From positions 1-55,824 of the forward strand of contig JBMYXB010000001.1 of NCBI GenBank assembly GCA_049608005.1: a DNA stretch of 55,824 nt, in the 5' to 3' direction. Source of the stretch: Vicingaceae bacterium. GTDB taxonomy: Bacteria > Bacteroidota > Bacteroidia > Flavobacteriales_E > Vicingaceae. The position numbers and the translations under genes are program-made. Below are positions 28,109 through 37,380 of this stretch, piece by piece; the stretch's first letter is position 1; each line of letters opens with the position of its first letter. The notes beneath the pieces were generated by a model that searched no databases, was not told where the DNA came from, and was given only the letters and a program-made list of their open reading frames with translations.

Positions 28109-28138
28109 GGCAGAAACAGGAGCGTTTCTGCCTTTTTT
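28109..28138. terminator. bidirectional rho-independent terminator
   Basis: ggcagaaac (28109-28117) / gtttctgcc (28124-28132) with a 6-nt loop. A5 lies upstream and T6 downstream. It sits between convergent genes. Confidence 0.8.
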
Positions 28139-28191
28139 ATTACAATCTGATTACAACATAGAAATTTTGTTGTAGAAATTAGATTGCTTAA

Positions 28192-28533
28192 TCATTTATT
28201 TTTATTTCCAAGCATTAAAATTTCGCTGGCTATAATTTCAGTAACATAGCGTTTGTTACCATCTTTATCATCATAACTTCTGCTCGTTAATTTACCCTCT
28301 AAAGCAACCTCACTACCTTTTTGTAAATACTTTTCTATTATCTCTGCTGTTTTGCCCCAAGCAACAACATTGTGCCATTGTGTATCTTCTATTTTATCGC
28401 CCTTTGCATTTCTGTACGATTCGTTTGTAGCTATAGAAAACTTAGCTAATTTTTTACCAGATTCTAAATTTTTAATTTCAGGACTCATACCTAGGTTTCC
28501 GATTAATTGTACTCTGTTTTTTAAATTGTTCAT
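28192..28533 (-). CDS. ssb: single-stranded DNA-binding protein (short form, no acidic C-terminal tail)
   Basis: 113-aa OB fold with NRVQLIGNLG and TQWHNVVAWGK motifs. It ends ...EILMLGNKNK with no Gly/Pro-rich linker and no D-D-(I/L)-P-F tip. Confidence 0.85.
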   Translation of the reverse strand: MNNLKNRVQLIGNLGMSPEIKNLESGKKLAKFSIATNESYRNAKGDKIEDTQWHNVVAWGKTAEIIEKYLQKGSEVALEGKLTSRSYDDKDGNKRYVTEIIASEILMLGNKNK

Positions 28534-28670
28534 AATGTAAAATTTTATGGTTTATAAAGTTTAATTTGTTTTACCTGATTTGTTCAGATTTGATGAGGCA
28601 AAGTAAAGCTGGTTTAAAAAGATAAGTCGGTTACTAAGTGTTTGTTTTCGTTTATAGTCGAGTGTAACCG

Positions 28671-28699
28671 TTTGTAGTCGTTTGTAAATAATAAATTTG
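28671..28699 (+). promoter_or_regulatory. candidate Bacteroidota promoter (TTTG -33, TAAATTTG -7)
   Basis: TTTG at 28671-28674 and TAAATTTG at 28692-28699, with a 17-nt spacer. This implies a very short leader to the ATG at 28712. It also argues against the TTG start at 28697 used in the ORF track. Confidence 0.4.
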
Positions 28700-28711
28700 T
28701 ACCTTTATCAG

Positions 28712-29062
28712 ATGGAAAAGAAAAAATGTTTAGAATGTTCAGAACCCTTTGTAGGTAGGGTAGATAAAAAGTTTTGTTCAGATTATTGTAGAAACGCGTA
28801 CAACAATAAAATAAATAAAGATGGCAAAAACTTAATAAGAAATGTAAATAACCGTTTACGTAAAAATTGGCGAATTTTAGAACAATTAAACCCAAAAGGA
28901 AAAGGAACGGTTAGTAAAAAGAAGTTAGATATGAATGGTTTTGACTTTAATTACATTACCGAAATTTACACCACAAAAGCAGGTAAAATTTATTATTTCT
29001 GTTACGATCAAGGTTACGCTGCATTAGAAAATGATTTGTATCTTTTAGTTAAAAAAGATTAA
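28712..29062 (+). CDS. small zinc-ribbon protein, unknown function
   Basis: 116 aa from the ATG (MEKKKCLECSEPFVGRVDKKFCSDYCRNAYNNK). It has a C-x2-C...C-x3-C four-Cys cluster followed by a basic region. The track ORF starts at TTG 28697. Confidence 0.5.
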   Translation: MEKKKCLECSEPFVGRVDKKFCSDYCRNAYNNKINKDGKNLIRNVNNRLRKNWRILEQLNPKGKGTVSKKKLDMNGFDFNYITEIYTTKAGKIYYFCYDQGYAALENDLYLLVKKD

Positions 29063-29135
29063 GTAACAAAGCCCTGTTTAAAACATAAAATAACTGCCTA
29101 ACAAAATTGGCATTTTAGTTGTTTATTTTTGAATT

Positions 29136-30101
29136 ATGAATAAAATAAAAACACTCTTTTTAGGAATTTTAATCGCTGTAAATTTATCAAGCTTTTCTCA
29201 ATTATTAGTACCCGAAACTGAAGTTATAGAGGTGGCTGGTTTACACGATTCTTTAAATTTTCAATTTGTACAAAATAAACAACTTTTTAGCGAGGGTTGG
29301 CACAAGTTAGAGCAACCTAATTTTTGGAGAACTTTAATGACTATGGAAGATGATTCTGCATTAATAAATATACGAAGTACCCGCCAAATTATAAAAAAAA
29401 TTGCAGTTAAAGAGTGGGATAAAATGACAGAGAAAGATAAAAATGCAATAAGAGATAGTGTAAAAAAACATTATAATTTACAAGAAGAAGATCATGTTTA
29501 CATGACCTCTGGCAAAAAAGCTTTTTATGATTTTGAAAAAGTAATACCAAGTATTGGACAAGGAATAAAAATATTTAATGAAAATAACGTTGATCCATTT
29601 TTTGCCCAAGCAATATTGTTAATAGAAAGCCCTAACAAAATGCAAAAATCGCCCGTTGGAGCTTATGGTTCTTTTCAAATTATGAGGGCTGTAGCTATTA
29701 ACCTAGGTTTAAAGGTTAATAAAACGGTTGATGAACGTAAAGATTTTGATAAATCGGCATGGGCATCAGCAAAATTAATTCGCACAATTTGCATTCCAGA
29801 AACCAATAAAATATTAGCTGCCAAAGGCATTGAGTTTAACCCCAATGATTTGTGGTATAAATTACTTGTTTTACATACTTACCATGCTGGAGCAGGTAAT
29901 GTTAAAAATGCAGTAAATGCAGTAAATCCTAAAAAGGGAGACATGAAATTAATACAAAATTTATGGCAAACAGAAGTAGGTAGTTTTAGAAATGCATCTC
30001 AAAATTACTCGCAATTAGCATTGGCATCTTTAATAGAGTTAGATAGAATTATTAAAAACAGAAGTAAATTCATTTACAATTGTCCACTAAGCGAAATTTA
30101 G
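29136..30101 (+). CDS. lytic transglycosylase (SLT domain) protein
   Basis: 321 aa with a signal peptide. The catalytic-Glu region is LLIESPNK, followed by GAYGSFQIM and LHTYHAGAGN, as in family 1 lytic transglycosylases. Confidence 0.65.
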   Translation: MNKIKTLFLGILIAVNLSSFSQLLVPETEVIEVAGLHDSLNFQFVQNKQLFSEGWHKLEQPNFWRTLMTMEDDSALINIRSTRQIIKKIAVKEWDKMTEKDKNAIRDSVKKHYNLQEEDHVYMTSGKKAFYDFEKVIPSIGQGIKIFNENNVDPFFAQAILLIESPNKMQKSPVGAYGSFQIMRAVAINLGLKVNKTVDERKDFDKSAWASAKLIRTICIPETNKILAAKGIEFNPNDLWYKLLVLHTYHAGAGNVKNAVNAVNPKKGDMKLIQNLWQTEVGSFRNASQNYSQLALASLIELDRIIKNRSKFIYNCPLSEI

Positions 30102-30195
30102 TAGTTAATCATCTAACATTAAATGATAAAATAAGGTAAATAAGAGTTAAACTTTTACTAATTTTAAATCCAAAACATAAGGGTTAATATATTTT

Positions 30196-31725
30196 ATGGA
30201 ACAGTACGATTTATGTGTAATTGGTGGCGGCCCAGCAGGTTATGCAGCAGCTATGAGAGCTATAGATTTTGATAAGAAAGTAATTCTTATTGAAAAAGAA
30301 AAGCTAGGAGGAGCAGGAATTTATAATGGAGCACTCTCTTCTAAAACAATGTGGGAACTTTCTACAAGGTATAGGAAGGTAAAAGAAGATTTAGAAGACG
30401 AAAAAGCTGATTTGTTAGACATATCTTACAATGATGTAAAAAACTCTATTGAAGAAGCTGTTTTTGATCGGAAATTTCAATTAACCTGTCACCTTAGAAT
30501 TATACATGCCGAAACAGATTTAATTACTTACGATAAAGGAATAGCTAGCTTTGTTAACGATAAAGAAGTTAAAATATCTAAAGCAGATGGGGTTGAAGAA
30601 ACAATTTATGCTGAAAATATTATTATTGCTAGTGGTAGTAGTCCCAGAAAATTGCCAGATGTAACTGTTGATGAAAAAATAATTATGACCAGTGATGGCA
30701 TTCAGAATATGGATGAATTTCCGGAAAGCTTAGTTATTGTTGGTGCAGGAGTTATTGGTTGTGAATACGCAACAATATTTGCAAATTTTGGTAAAACTAA
30801 AGTTCATTTAATAGATAGAGCTGAGCGTATTTTACCATTCGAAGATGAAGATATATCTGATTTGATTTCTAATAATATGGAGAAAAAAGGGGTGATTGTA
30901 CACCGCAAATCTCAATTAAAACGAATAGAAATTATTGACGGAAAAGTAGAGTATGAAATTGAAACTGAAAGTGGAGATTTAGAAGTAATTACTGTAGAAA
31001 AAGCTTTGCTATCAATAGGAAGAGTACCCAACATAAAATCGTTAAAGATTGAAAATGCAGGTGTTGCAATGAGTAAAAGAGGGGTGCATATTGGCGAGCA
31101 AGATACCATAACAAACGTACCACACATATACGCTGTTGGAGATGTATCTGGCAGAATACCCTTGGTAAATGTTGGAGAAAGAGAAGCACGCCATGCTGTA
31201 GTTAAAATGTTTGCAGATTTTCCTGTAAAATCGATTAATTACGAAAATGTATCTACCATTATGTTCTTAGATCCTGTAGTTGCTTCGGTAGGTGCTAACG
31301 AGCAAATGCTGCAAAAACAAAATATACCGTATAAAATTGCAAAAGTTGATTACTCTACCATTGCCAGGGCAATATCTATGGGTAAGCCAGAAGGATTTTT
31401 TAAACTAATAGTATCTGATGATGCAGATATGAAAGTTTTAGGAATGAGAGCGGCAGGAGCACACGCATCTTCAGCAATACAAAGTATAGCCTTGTTAATG
31501 CACATGAATAAAGGTATAGAAGAATTGGCTCACATGATTCATCCACACCCTTCTATTGTAGAGGGAGTACAAGAAGCAGCACGTATGCTTTTAGGAAAAT
31601 CCATATACAAATCGGCAGTGTTTAAAGATAAATTAAAATGTTACAGATTTAGAGATGGCGTTGCTACTCCTTTAAATATAATAGATGACGAAAAAAGAAT
31701 AAAATACGAAGAGGTTGCTAAGTAA
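30196..31725 (+). CDS. class I pyridine nucleotide-disulfide oxidoreductase family flavoprotein lacking the redox-active cysteines
   Basis: 509 aa. FAD GxGxxG (VIGGGPAG), NAD site VGAGVIGCEYA, and C-terminal HPHPSIVEG dyad. The CxxxxC position reads GGAGIYNGALSSK, with no Cys. It carries a ~40-aa C-terminal extension relative to LpdA. Confidence 0.8.
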   Translation: MEQYDLCVIGGGPAGYAAAMRAIDFDKKVILIEKEKLGGAGIYNGALSSKTMWELSTRYRKVKEDLEDEKADLLDISYNDVKNSIEEAVFDRKFQLTCHLRIIHAETDLITYDKGIASFVNDKEVKISKADGVEETIYAENIIIASGSSPRKLPDVTVDEKIIMTSDGIQNMDEFPESLVIVGAGVIGCEYATIFANFGKTKVHLIDRAERILPFEDEDISDLISNNMEKKGVIVHRKSQLKRIEIIDGKVEYEIETESGDLEVITVEKALLSIGRVPNIKSLKIENAGVAMSKRGVHIGEQDTITNVPHIYAVGDVSGRIPLVNVGEREARHAVVKMFADFPVKSINYENVSTIMFLDPVVASVGANEQMLQKQNIPYKIAKVDYSTIARAISMGKPEGFFKLIVSDDADMKVLGMRAAGAHASSAIQSIALLMHMNKGIEELAHMIHPHPSIVEGVQEAARMLLGKSIYKSAVFKDKLKCYRFRDGVATPLNIIDDEKRIKYEEVAK

Positions 31726-32029
31726 TTTGATGATGGAGAAGATTAAATTCATAAACCTTCTTTTTTAGATAAAAAAATACGATCAATACAACAATTTTAC
31801 TACTGCTTTTATAAAGCCGTTTATGGTGTAAATAATATCAGAAGTATTATTTCTGTGTCTATTATAATTACGATACCTCATTTAGTTTTTGCTTACTAAA
31901 AAACACATTATGTTTTATCATAACGCAGTTAGCCTTATTTTTATATTTAAAATTGGTGTATAAATTGTATTGGATTAATTAGTGCAACAGCATTTTTTTT
32001 CGTTTTTTTATGATGAATTGATATAAAGT

Positions 32030-32860
32030 ATGGAATACGTAGAGTTTAAAGCAGAAATTACTCCTTTAGAAATAGGAAGAGATATTTTAATAGCAGAACT
32101 AGCTGAAATAGGATTTGAAAGTTTTGTAGAAAACCAAACAGGAGTAGAAGCATATATTCAAAAAGCAGAATATAATGAAGCATTAATTAAAACTATGGGT
32201 ATTATATCTAACCCTAATTTTAAGATTAACTATACAACCAAACAAATTGCCGATCAAAATTGGAATGCAGAATGGGAAAAGAATTTTGAATTGATTGATG
32301 TAGAAGGACAATGCTGTATAAGAGCACCATTTCATAATAAGTTAAAAAACGTAGAATTTGATATTGTTATAAACCCTAAAATGTCATTTGGAACAGGGCA
32401 TCATGAAACAACTTATTTAATGATTAAACGGTTGTTAACTCTTAATTTAAAAGCATTAGATGTTTTAGATATGGGGTGCGGAACAGGAGTTTTGGCAATT
32501 TTGGCTAAAATGAAAAATGCAGCAAATACTATGGCAATAGATATTGATGAGTGGGCGTATAATAATACAATCGAAAACATTGGCAACAATAACTGTAATG
32601 ATATAATAGTTAAAATGGGCGGAGCAGAAAAAATTACAGCTCAATTTGATTTAATTATTGCGAACATAAACAGAAACATTTTGTTAAACGATATGGATGC
32701 TTATGTTAAGCATCTAAAACCAAATGGGATAATATTATTTAGCGGATTTTTTAGCTCAGATAAAGAAGTGTTGCTAGCGGCAACTAATAACTTGGGGTTA
32801 GAATTAGTGTATACCGAAAGTAAAAATGATTGGACCATGTTACATTTAATTAAAAAATGA
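32030..32860 (+). CDS. prmA: ribosomal protein L11 methyltransferase
   Basis: 276 aa. SAM motif DMGCGTGVLAI and FGTGHHETT, typical of PrmA. Confidence 0.85.
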   Translation: MEYVEFKAEITPLEIGRDILIAELAEIGFESFVENQTGVEAYIQKAEYNEALIKTMGIISNPNFKINYTTKQIADQNWNAEWEKNFELIDVEGQCCIRAPFHNKLKNVEFDIVINPKMSFGTGHHETTYLMIKRLLTLNLKALDVLDMGCGTGVLAILAKMKNAANTMAIDIDEWAYNNTIENIGNNNCNDIIVKMGGAEKITAQFDLIIANINRNILLNDMDAYVKHLKPNGIILFSGFFSSDKEVLLAATNNLGLELVYTESKNDWTMLHLIKK

Positions 32861-35800
32861 AAAACTATATAAAATACCTCTTCATATTTAGCTTTGTGTT
32901 GATTACCTTTTCAGGATATTCGCAAACAAAAATTAAAAATTTCACTTCAGATTCTACCATCTTTTTTGAAGAGATGGAAGCTTTTTTAACATACTCCAGA
33001 AAGCAAGATGGTATTGCTGTTATGGATGAGTTTTCGTGGTCGTGGTTTGGAGGTAAGTTTTCAGAAAACCAAAAAAAGGGAGTTTATAAAATCTCAAACT
33101 TAATGCTTAAAAAGAGGAAAAAAGCTTTTCCAGATTTTAAAAATTACCTTTTTGCAGTATCTCAATTTGTAAGTAAAAATAATGTAACAGATGAACAGTT
33201 TGATAACTGGCAATCAATATTAGTAAGACTTATAAAGGGAAAGGGTAAAAAGAAATTAACTGACTATTTAAAATCCTGTAATTATCTTTTTAGTGAAAAT
33301 TTACTCTATAAATCGGCTTCTAACTCATGGGGTGTAAGCAATAGTAATTATACATTTGGTTATGATAGCTTACCTACAATAAATTTTGATGCTTTAACGC
33401 TAAAATGTTATTCTAAAGGAGATAGTTCTGTAATTGCAAATACAAAAGGAATATATTATCCTACCGAAGCAAAATGGGTTGGAGAAGGTGGAAAAATTAC
33501 TTGGGAACGTGCCGGTTTTTCTTCAGATTCTGTTTACGCAAATATAAATGAATATTCAATTAATGTAAAATCTCCTAACTATCAAATTAAAGATATTATT
33601 TTTTACGATTACCACTATTTTGATGAGCCAATGAAAGGTCGGTTAACTGAAAAAGTGCTAGCCAATGTTAAAACCGAAAAAGCAACTTATCCTCGATTTG
33701 ACTCTGATGAAGCAGTGTTTGAAATTAAAGACATTGCAGAGGGTGTAGATTATTTAGGTGGGTTTTCTTTGTATGGAAGAAAAGTTTTAGGTAGAGGATC
33801 TGACCAAAAAGAAGCTGTTTTAATTTTTAATAGAAATGGAGTGCCTTTTTTAAAAATGGCATCAAAAACCTTTGTAATTAAACCCGAACGAATAGTTGCA
33901 CAAATTGCCTCGCCAACATTTTACATCAAAGAAGATTCTATTTTTCACCCAGGATTAACATTTAAATTTTTCATTAATAAGCGTAGTGTTTCTTTAATTA
34001 GAGATAATAAAGGAATAAAAATTACTCCTTATTTTAATTCATACCACCAAGTAGATATGGATTTTGAAGCACTTAATTGGAAAATTGATTCTCCGATGGT
34101 AGAGTTTGAAAACTTAACAGGAGGCACAAGGACCCGAGCAACTTTTATTTCATCTAACTATTTTAAAAAAGATGCCTACTTAAAATTAATGGGGTTAGCC
34201 GATAAGCACCCGCTATACACTATATATGAATTGGCAGAAAAATTAGATACCAATTATATTACTGTAGATGATATGGCAGGACATACTTTATTAGCACAAA
34301 CTAGTATTGTAAACATGCTGCTAGATTTATCTACCAAAGGATTTATTAATTATAATTACGAAGGAAAATATTTTATTGTAAAAGATAAACTTACCGCTTG
34401 GGTTAAAGCCAGTGGCGGTAATGTAGATTATGATGTAATAGGTTTTTTATCAAATACAAGAGGTAAAAGTAATGCCACATTAAGTTTACTTAATTACGAT
34501 TTACAATTAAGAGGGGTGAATAGTGTAAATGTAAGCGATTCGCAAGAAGTAATTATTTACCCATCGCACAGAGAAATTACTTTAAAGAAAAATAGAGATT
34601 TTGATTTTAGCGGAGCCATACAAGCCGGTCGTTTTGATATTATGGGGCATAATTTTTCTTTTAAATATGATGAATTTAAAATTGACATGCCCAATGTAGA
34701 TTCGTTACGAATATATGCTGAAACAGGTAGAAAGAATAAACATGGCGAGTTAGAAATTAGACCAGTAAAAACACTTATAGAAAAAATTACTGGTGATTTA
34801 TTAATTGATAGAGCTAACAATAAATCGGGTGTTAAAAAAGCCGATAAATACCCAGTGTTAAACAGTTTTAAAGATTCTTATGTGTTTTATGATAAAAAAA
34901 ATATACAAGGGGGAGTGTATAAAAGAGATGATTTTTATTTCCATGTAGATCCGTTTACAATTGACAGTTTAGATAATTTTGATAATGATCAATTAAAATT
35001 TGAAGGAACAATGTTATCGGCAGGTATTTTTCCAGATTTTACAGAAACTCTAACATTACAACCCGATCATTCCTTAGGTTTTGTAAGAACTACACCTAAA
35101 GATGGGTATCCAATGTATGCAGGTAAAGGTGTGTTTAATGATACCATTAAAATGAGTAATCAAGGTTTAAGAGGTAGTGGAGATTTAGAGTACATTACTT
35201 CTACCACGTACTCTAATGATTTTTTGTTTTTTCCAGATTCTATGAAAGCTATTGCTCAAAATTTTAATGTAGAAGAAAGCCCTGTTGCTGTTGAATTTCC
35301 TCCTGTTGAAGGAGAAGATGTAATGACAAGGTGGTATCCTGAAAGAGATATTATGATTCATCGAGAAAGAAGCAAGCCAATAGCAATGTATGATATGAAA
35401 TCGAAGATGCACGGGCAAACTATGATACAGCCTGATGGACTAACTGGAGATGGAATTTTTGAGTTTGAAAAGGCAGAATTAGAGTCTGATCTAATTAACT
35501 TTAAGTTTAAAGATTTTCAATCTGATACTGCAGACTTTAGGTTGAAAGATATTGGAGCTGATGATGAAAATGCTTTAGCTTTTTCTACTGTTAATGTTAA
35601 TGCTTATGTAACTTTTGGAGAACGATATGGTCAGTTTAAATCTAATGGTGGCGGATCTTTTATAAGTTTTGACCCAATGCAATATATCTGTTATATGGAA
35701 GAGTTTAAATGGTTTATGGATAACGATGATATTGAACTTACTGCTGGTGAAGCCAAAGCAACGGATGCATCAGGGGTTAAGTTGGATGGAGCTCAATTTA

Positions 35801-37311
35801 TTTCTACTCATCCACAACAAGATTCACTTGATTTCTTTTCATCTAAAGCAAAATACGATTTAAGAAAAAAAGTTATCTATGCTAAAGGAGTTAAGTTTAT
35901 GAATGTTGCAGATGCTATGTTGTATCCGGATAGTGGAAATGTAACGATAGATAAAAAAGCAAAAATGCGAACACTTAACAATTCTAAAGTTGTTGCCAGT
36001 TTTGTAACACAAAATCACAACATTTATAATTCTACCATAAATGTATTTGGTAAAAAGAAATATGCAGGTAGTGGTTATATTGATTATGTAGATGAAATTG
36101 AAAAATCGCAAACCATTTATTTACAAAACATTGGTGTAGATACAACTGGGCAAACTTATGCTACTGCTCAGATTAAAGATACTGCTAGTTTTACTTTAAG
36201 TCCTAATTATGAGTTTTATGGTAAGGTTAAATTATTTGCAAACAATGAGTTTTTAACTTTTGATGGTTATTCTAGAATTTTACATGATTGTGATTTGTTA
36301 GCAAAGAATTGGTTTAGTTTTGAAACAGAAATTAATCCTCAAGAAATTTATATTCCTGTTGATAGTGCAACAAAAGATATTACAGGAAACAAGTTATCTG
36401 CTAGTGTATTTTTAAGCCCTGATTCTTTAGGCGTTTACACATCTTACCTTAATAATAAGAAAAAGTACAGTCATATACCTGTATTACCAGCAAGTGGGTA
36501 TTTGTTTTATAACAAAGAAAAAGAAGAGTATCAAATATCTAATAAAGACAAATTGCAAGAAATGTCGTTTGGAGGTAATTACTTGAGCTTAAATACTAAA
36601 AACTGTAAAGTATATGGTGAAGGAAAAGTAAACTTAGGAAGTAAATTAGGTCAAGTTAAAATAAATTCTGCAGGAGTTATAGAGCATAACCAATTGGATG
36701 GAGAAGTTATTTTAGATATGGTATTTGCAGCAGATTTCTTTTTTAATGATGATGCAATGAAAAAATTAACAAAGCAATTACAAGAAGCTAGCTCATTAGA
36801 TCCTGTTAAATTAGATAGGCCAACTTTTGAAAAAGGTTTAAGAGAATTAGTTGGTGCATCGGAAGGGGATAAGTTAATTGCTCAGATTAATTTAAATGGA
36901 GAATTTAAAAAAGTGCCAAAATCTTTAGAAAAACCGTTTGTTTTTAATGATGTTAAAATGCGTTGGAATGATGAAAGTAAATCGTTTAAATCGTTTGGTA
37001 AAATTGGTATAAGTAACATACAATCAAAACAAATAAATAAATATGTTACAGGTAAAATAGAATTGGTTAAAAAAAGAAGTGGAGATGTGTTAACCATATA
37101 TTTAGAAGTGGATAAAAACAATTGGTATTTCTTTACTTATACACGCGGAATTATGCAAGCAATTTCGTCTAACGCAGACTTTAATTCTGCAATTACAGAA
37201 ACAAAGCCTGATAAACGAAAAGCAAAAGGAACAAAGACAGAAGGTCCTTATCAGTACATGTATTCTAGTGCTAAAAAGAAAAAAGATTTTTTAAGAAAAT
37301 TTGAAGACTAA
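32857..37311 (+). CDS. large secreted protein of unknown function (1484 aa)
   Basis: Uninterrupted 4.45-kb ORF in AT-rich DNA. It has an N-terminal signal peptide (FVLITFSGYSQ). I recognise no catalytic motif, T9SS CTD or obvious repeat. The start overlaps the prmA stop (ATGA). Confidence 0.8.
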   Translation: MKNYIKYLFIFSFVLITFSGYSQTKIKNFTSDSTIFFEEMEAFLTYSRKQDGIAVMDEFSWSWFGGKFSENQKKGVYKISNLMLKKRKKAFPDFKNYLFAVSQFVSKNNVTDEQFDNWQSILVRLIKGKGKKKLTDYLKSCNYLFSENLLYKSASNSWGVSNSNYTFGYDSLPTINFDALTLKCYSKGDSSVIANTKGIYYPTEAKWVGEGGKITWERAGFSSDSVYANINEYSINVKSPNYQIKDIIFYDYHYFDEPMKGRLTEKVLANVKTEKATYPRFDSDEAVFEIKDIAEGVDYLGGFSLYGRKVLGRGSDQKEAVLIFNRNGVPFLKMASKTFVIKPERIVAQIASPTFYIKEDSIFHPGLTFKFFINKRSVSLIRDNKGIKITPYFNSYHQVDMDFEALNWKIDSPMVEFENLTGGTRTRATFISSNYFKKDAYLKLMGLADKHPLYTIYELAEKLDTNYITVDDMAGHTLLAQTSIVNMLLDLSTKGFINYNYEGKYFIVKDKLTAWVKASGGNVDYDVIGFLSNTRGKSNATLSLLNYDLQLRGVNSVNVSDSQEVIIYPSHREITLKKNRDFDFSGAIQAGRFDIMGHNFSFKYDEFKIDMPNVDSLRIYAETGRKNKHGELEIRPVKTLIEKITGDLLIDRANNKSGVKKADKYPVLNSFKDSYVFYDKKNIQGGVYKRDDFYFHVDPFTIDSLDNFDNDQLKFEGTMLSAGIFPDFTETLTLQPDHSLGFVRTTPKDGYPMYAGKGVFNDTIKMSNQGLRGSGDLEYITSTTYSNDFLFFPDSMKAIAQNFNVEESPVAVEFPPVEGEDVMTRWYPERDIMIHRERSKPIAMYDMKSKMHGQTMIQPDGLTGDGIFEFEKAELESDLINFKFKDFQSDTADFRLKDIGADDENALAFSTVNVNAYVTFGERYGQFKSNGGGSFISFDPMQYICYMEEFKWFMDNDDIELTAGEAKATDASGVKLDGAQFISTHPQQDSLDFFSSKAKYDLRKKVIYAKGVKFMNVADAMLYPDSGNVTIDKKAKMRTLNNSKVVASFVTQNHNIYNSTINVFGKKKYAGSGYIDYVDEIEKSQTIYLQNIGVDTTGQTYATAQIKDTASFTLSPNYEFYGKVKLFANNEFLTFDGYSRILHDCDLLAKNWFSFETEINPQEIYIPVDSATKDITGNKLSASVFLSPDSLGVYTSYLNNKKKYSHIPVLPASGYLFYNKEKEEYQISNKDKLQEMSFGGNYLSLNTKNCKVYGEGKVNLGSKLGQVKINSAGVIEHNQLDGEVILDMVFAADFFFNDDAMKKLTKQLQEASSLDPVKLDRPTFEKGLRELVGASEGDKLIAQINLNGEFKKVPKSLEKPFVFNDVKMRWNDESKSFKSFGKIGISNIQSKQINKYVTGKIELVKKRSGDVLTIYLEVDKNNWYFFTYTRGIMQAISSNADFNSAITETKPDKRKAKGTKTEGPYQYMYSSAKKKKDFLRKFED

Positions 37312-37329
37312 TTAGGAATTAATCAATTT

Positions 37330-37360
37330 TTTGCATCCATATAATATATGCTTAATTTTG
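37330..37360 (+). promoter_or_regulatory. candidate Bacteroidota promoter (TTTG -33, TAATTTTG -7)
   Basis: TTTG at 37330-37333 and TAATTTTG at 37353-37360, with a 19-nt spacer. It sits about 20 nt upstream of the ATG at 37381, inside the 69-nt gap. Confidence 0.5.
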
Positions 37361-37380
37361 ATTGTTGGCCTAGCCATTAA

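Noticed and set aside
28614-28895. 93-aa minus-strand ORF overlapping the zinc-ribbon gene and its promoter region
   Set aside because: It is antisense to a better-supported gene (four-Cys motif, promoter boxes). The translation is hydrophobic, low-complexity and Phe/Leu/Tyr/Asn-rich.
29124-29131. TATTTTTG as an independent promoter for the SLT gene
   Set aside because: It ends 4 nt before the ATG and lacks a -33 TTTG. The N-terminus is a good signal peptide, so the start cannot move downstream. It is more likely a chance match or co-transcription with the upstream gene. It is kept only as part of the short-leader observation.
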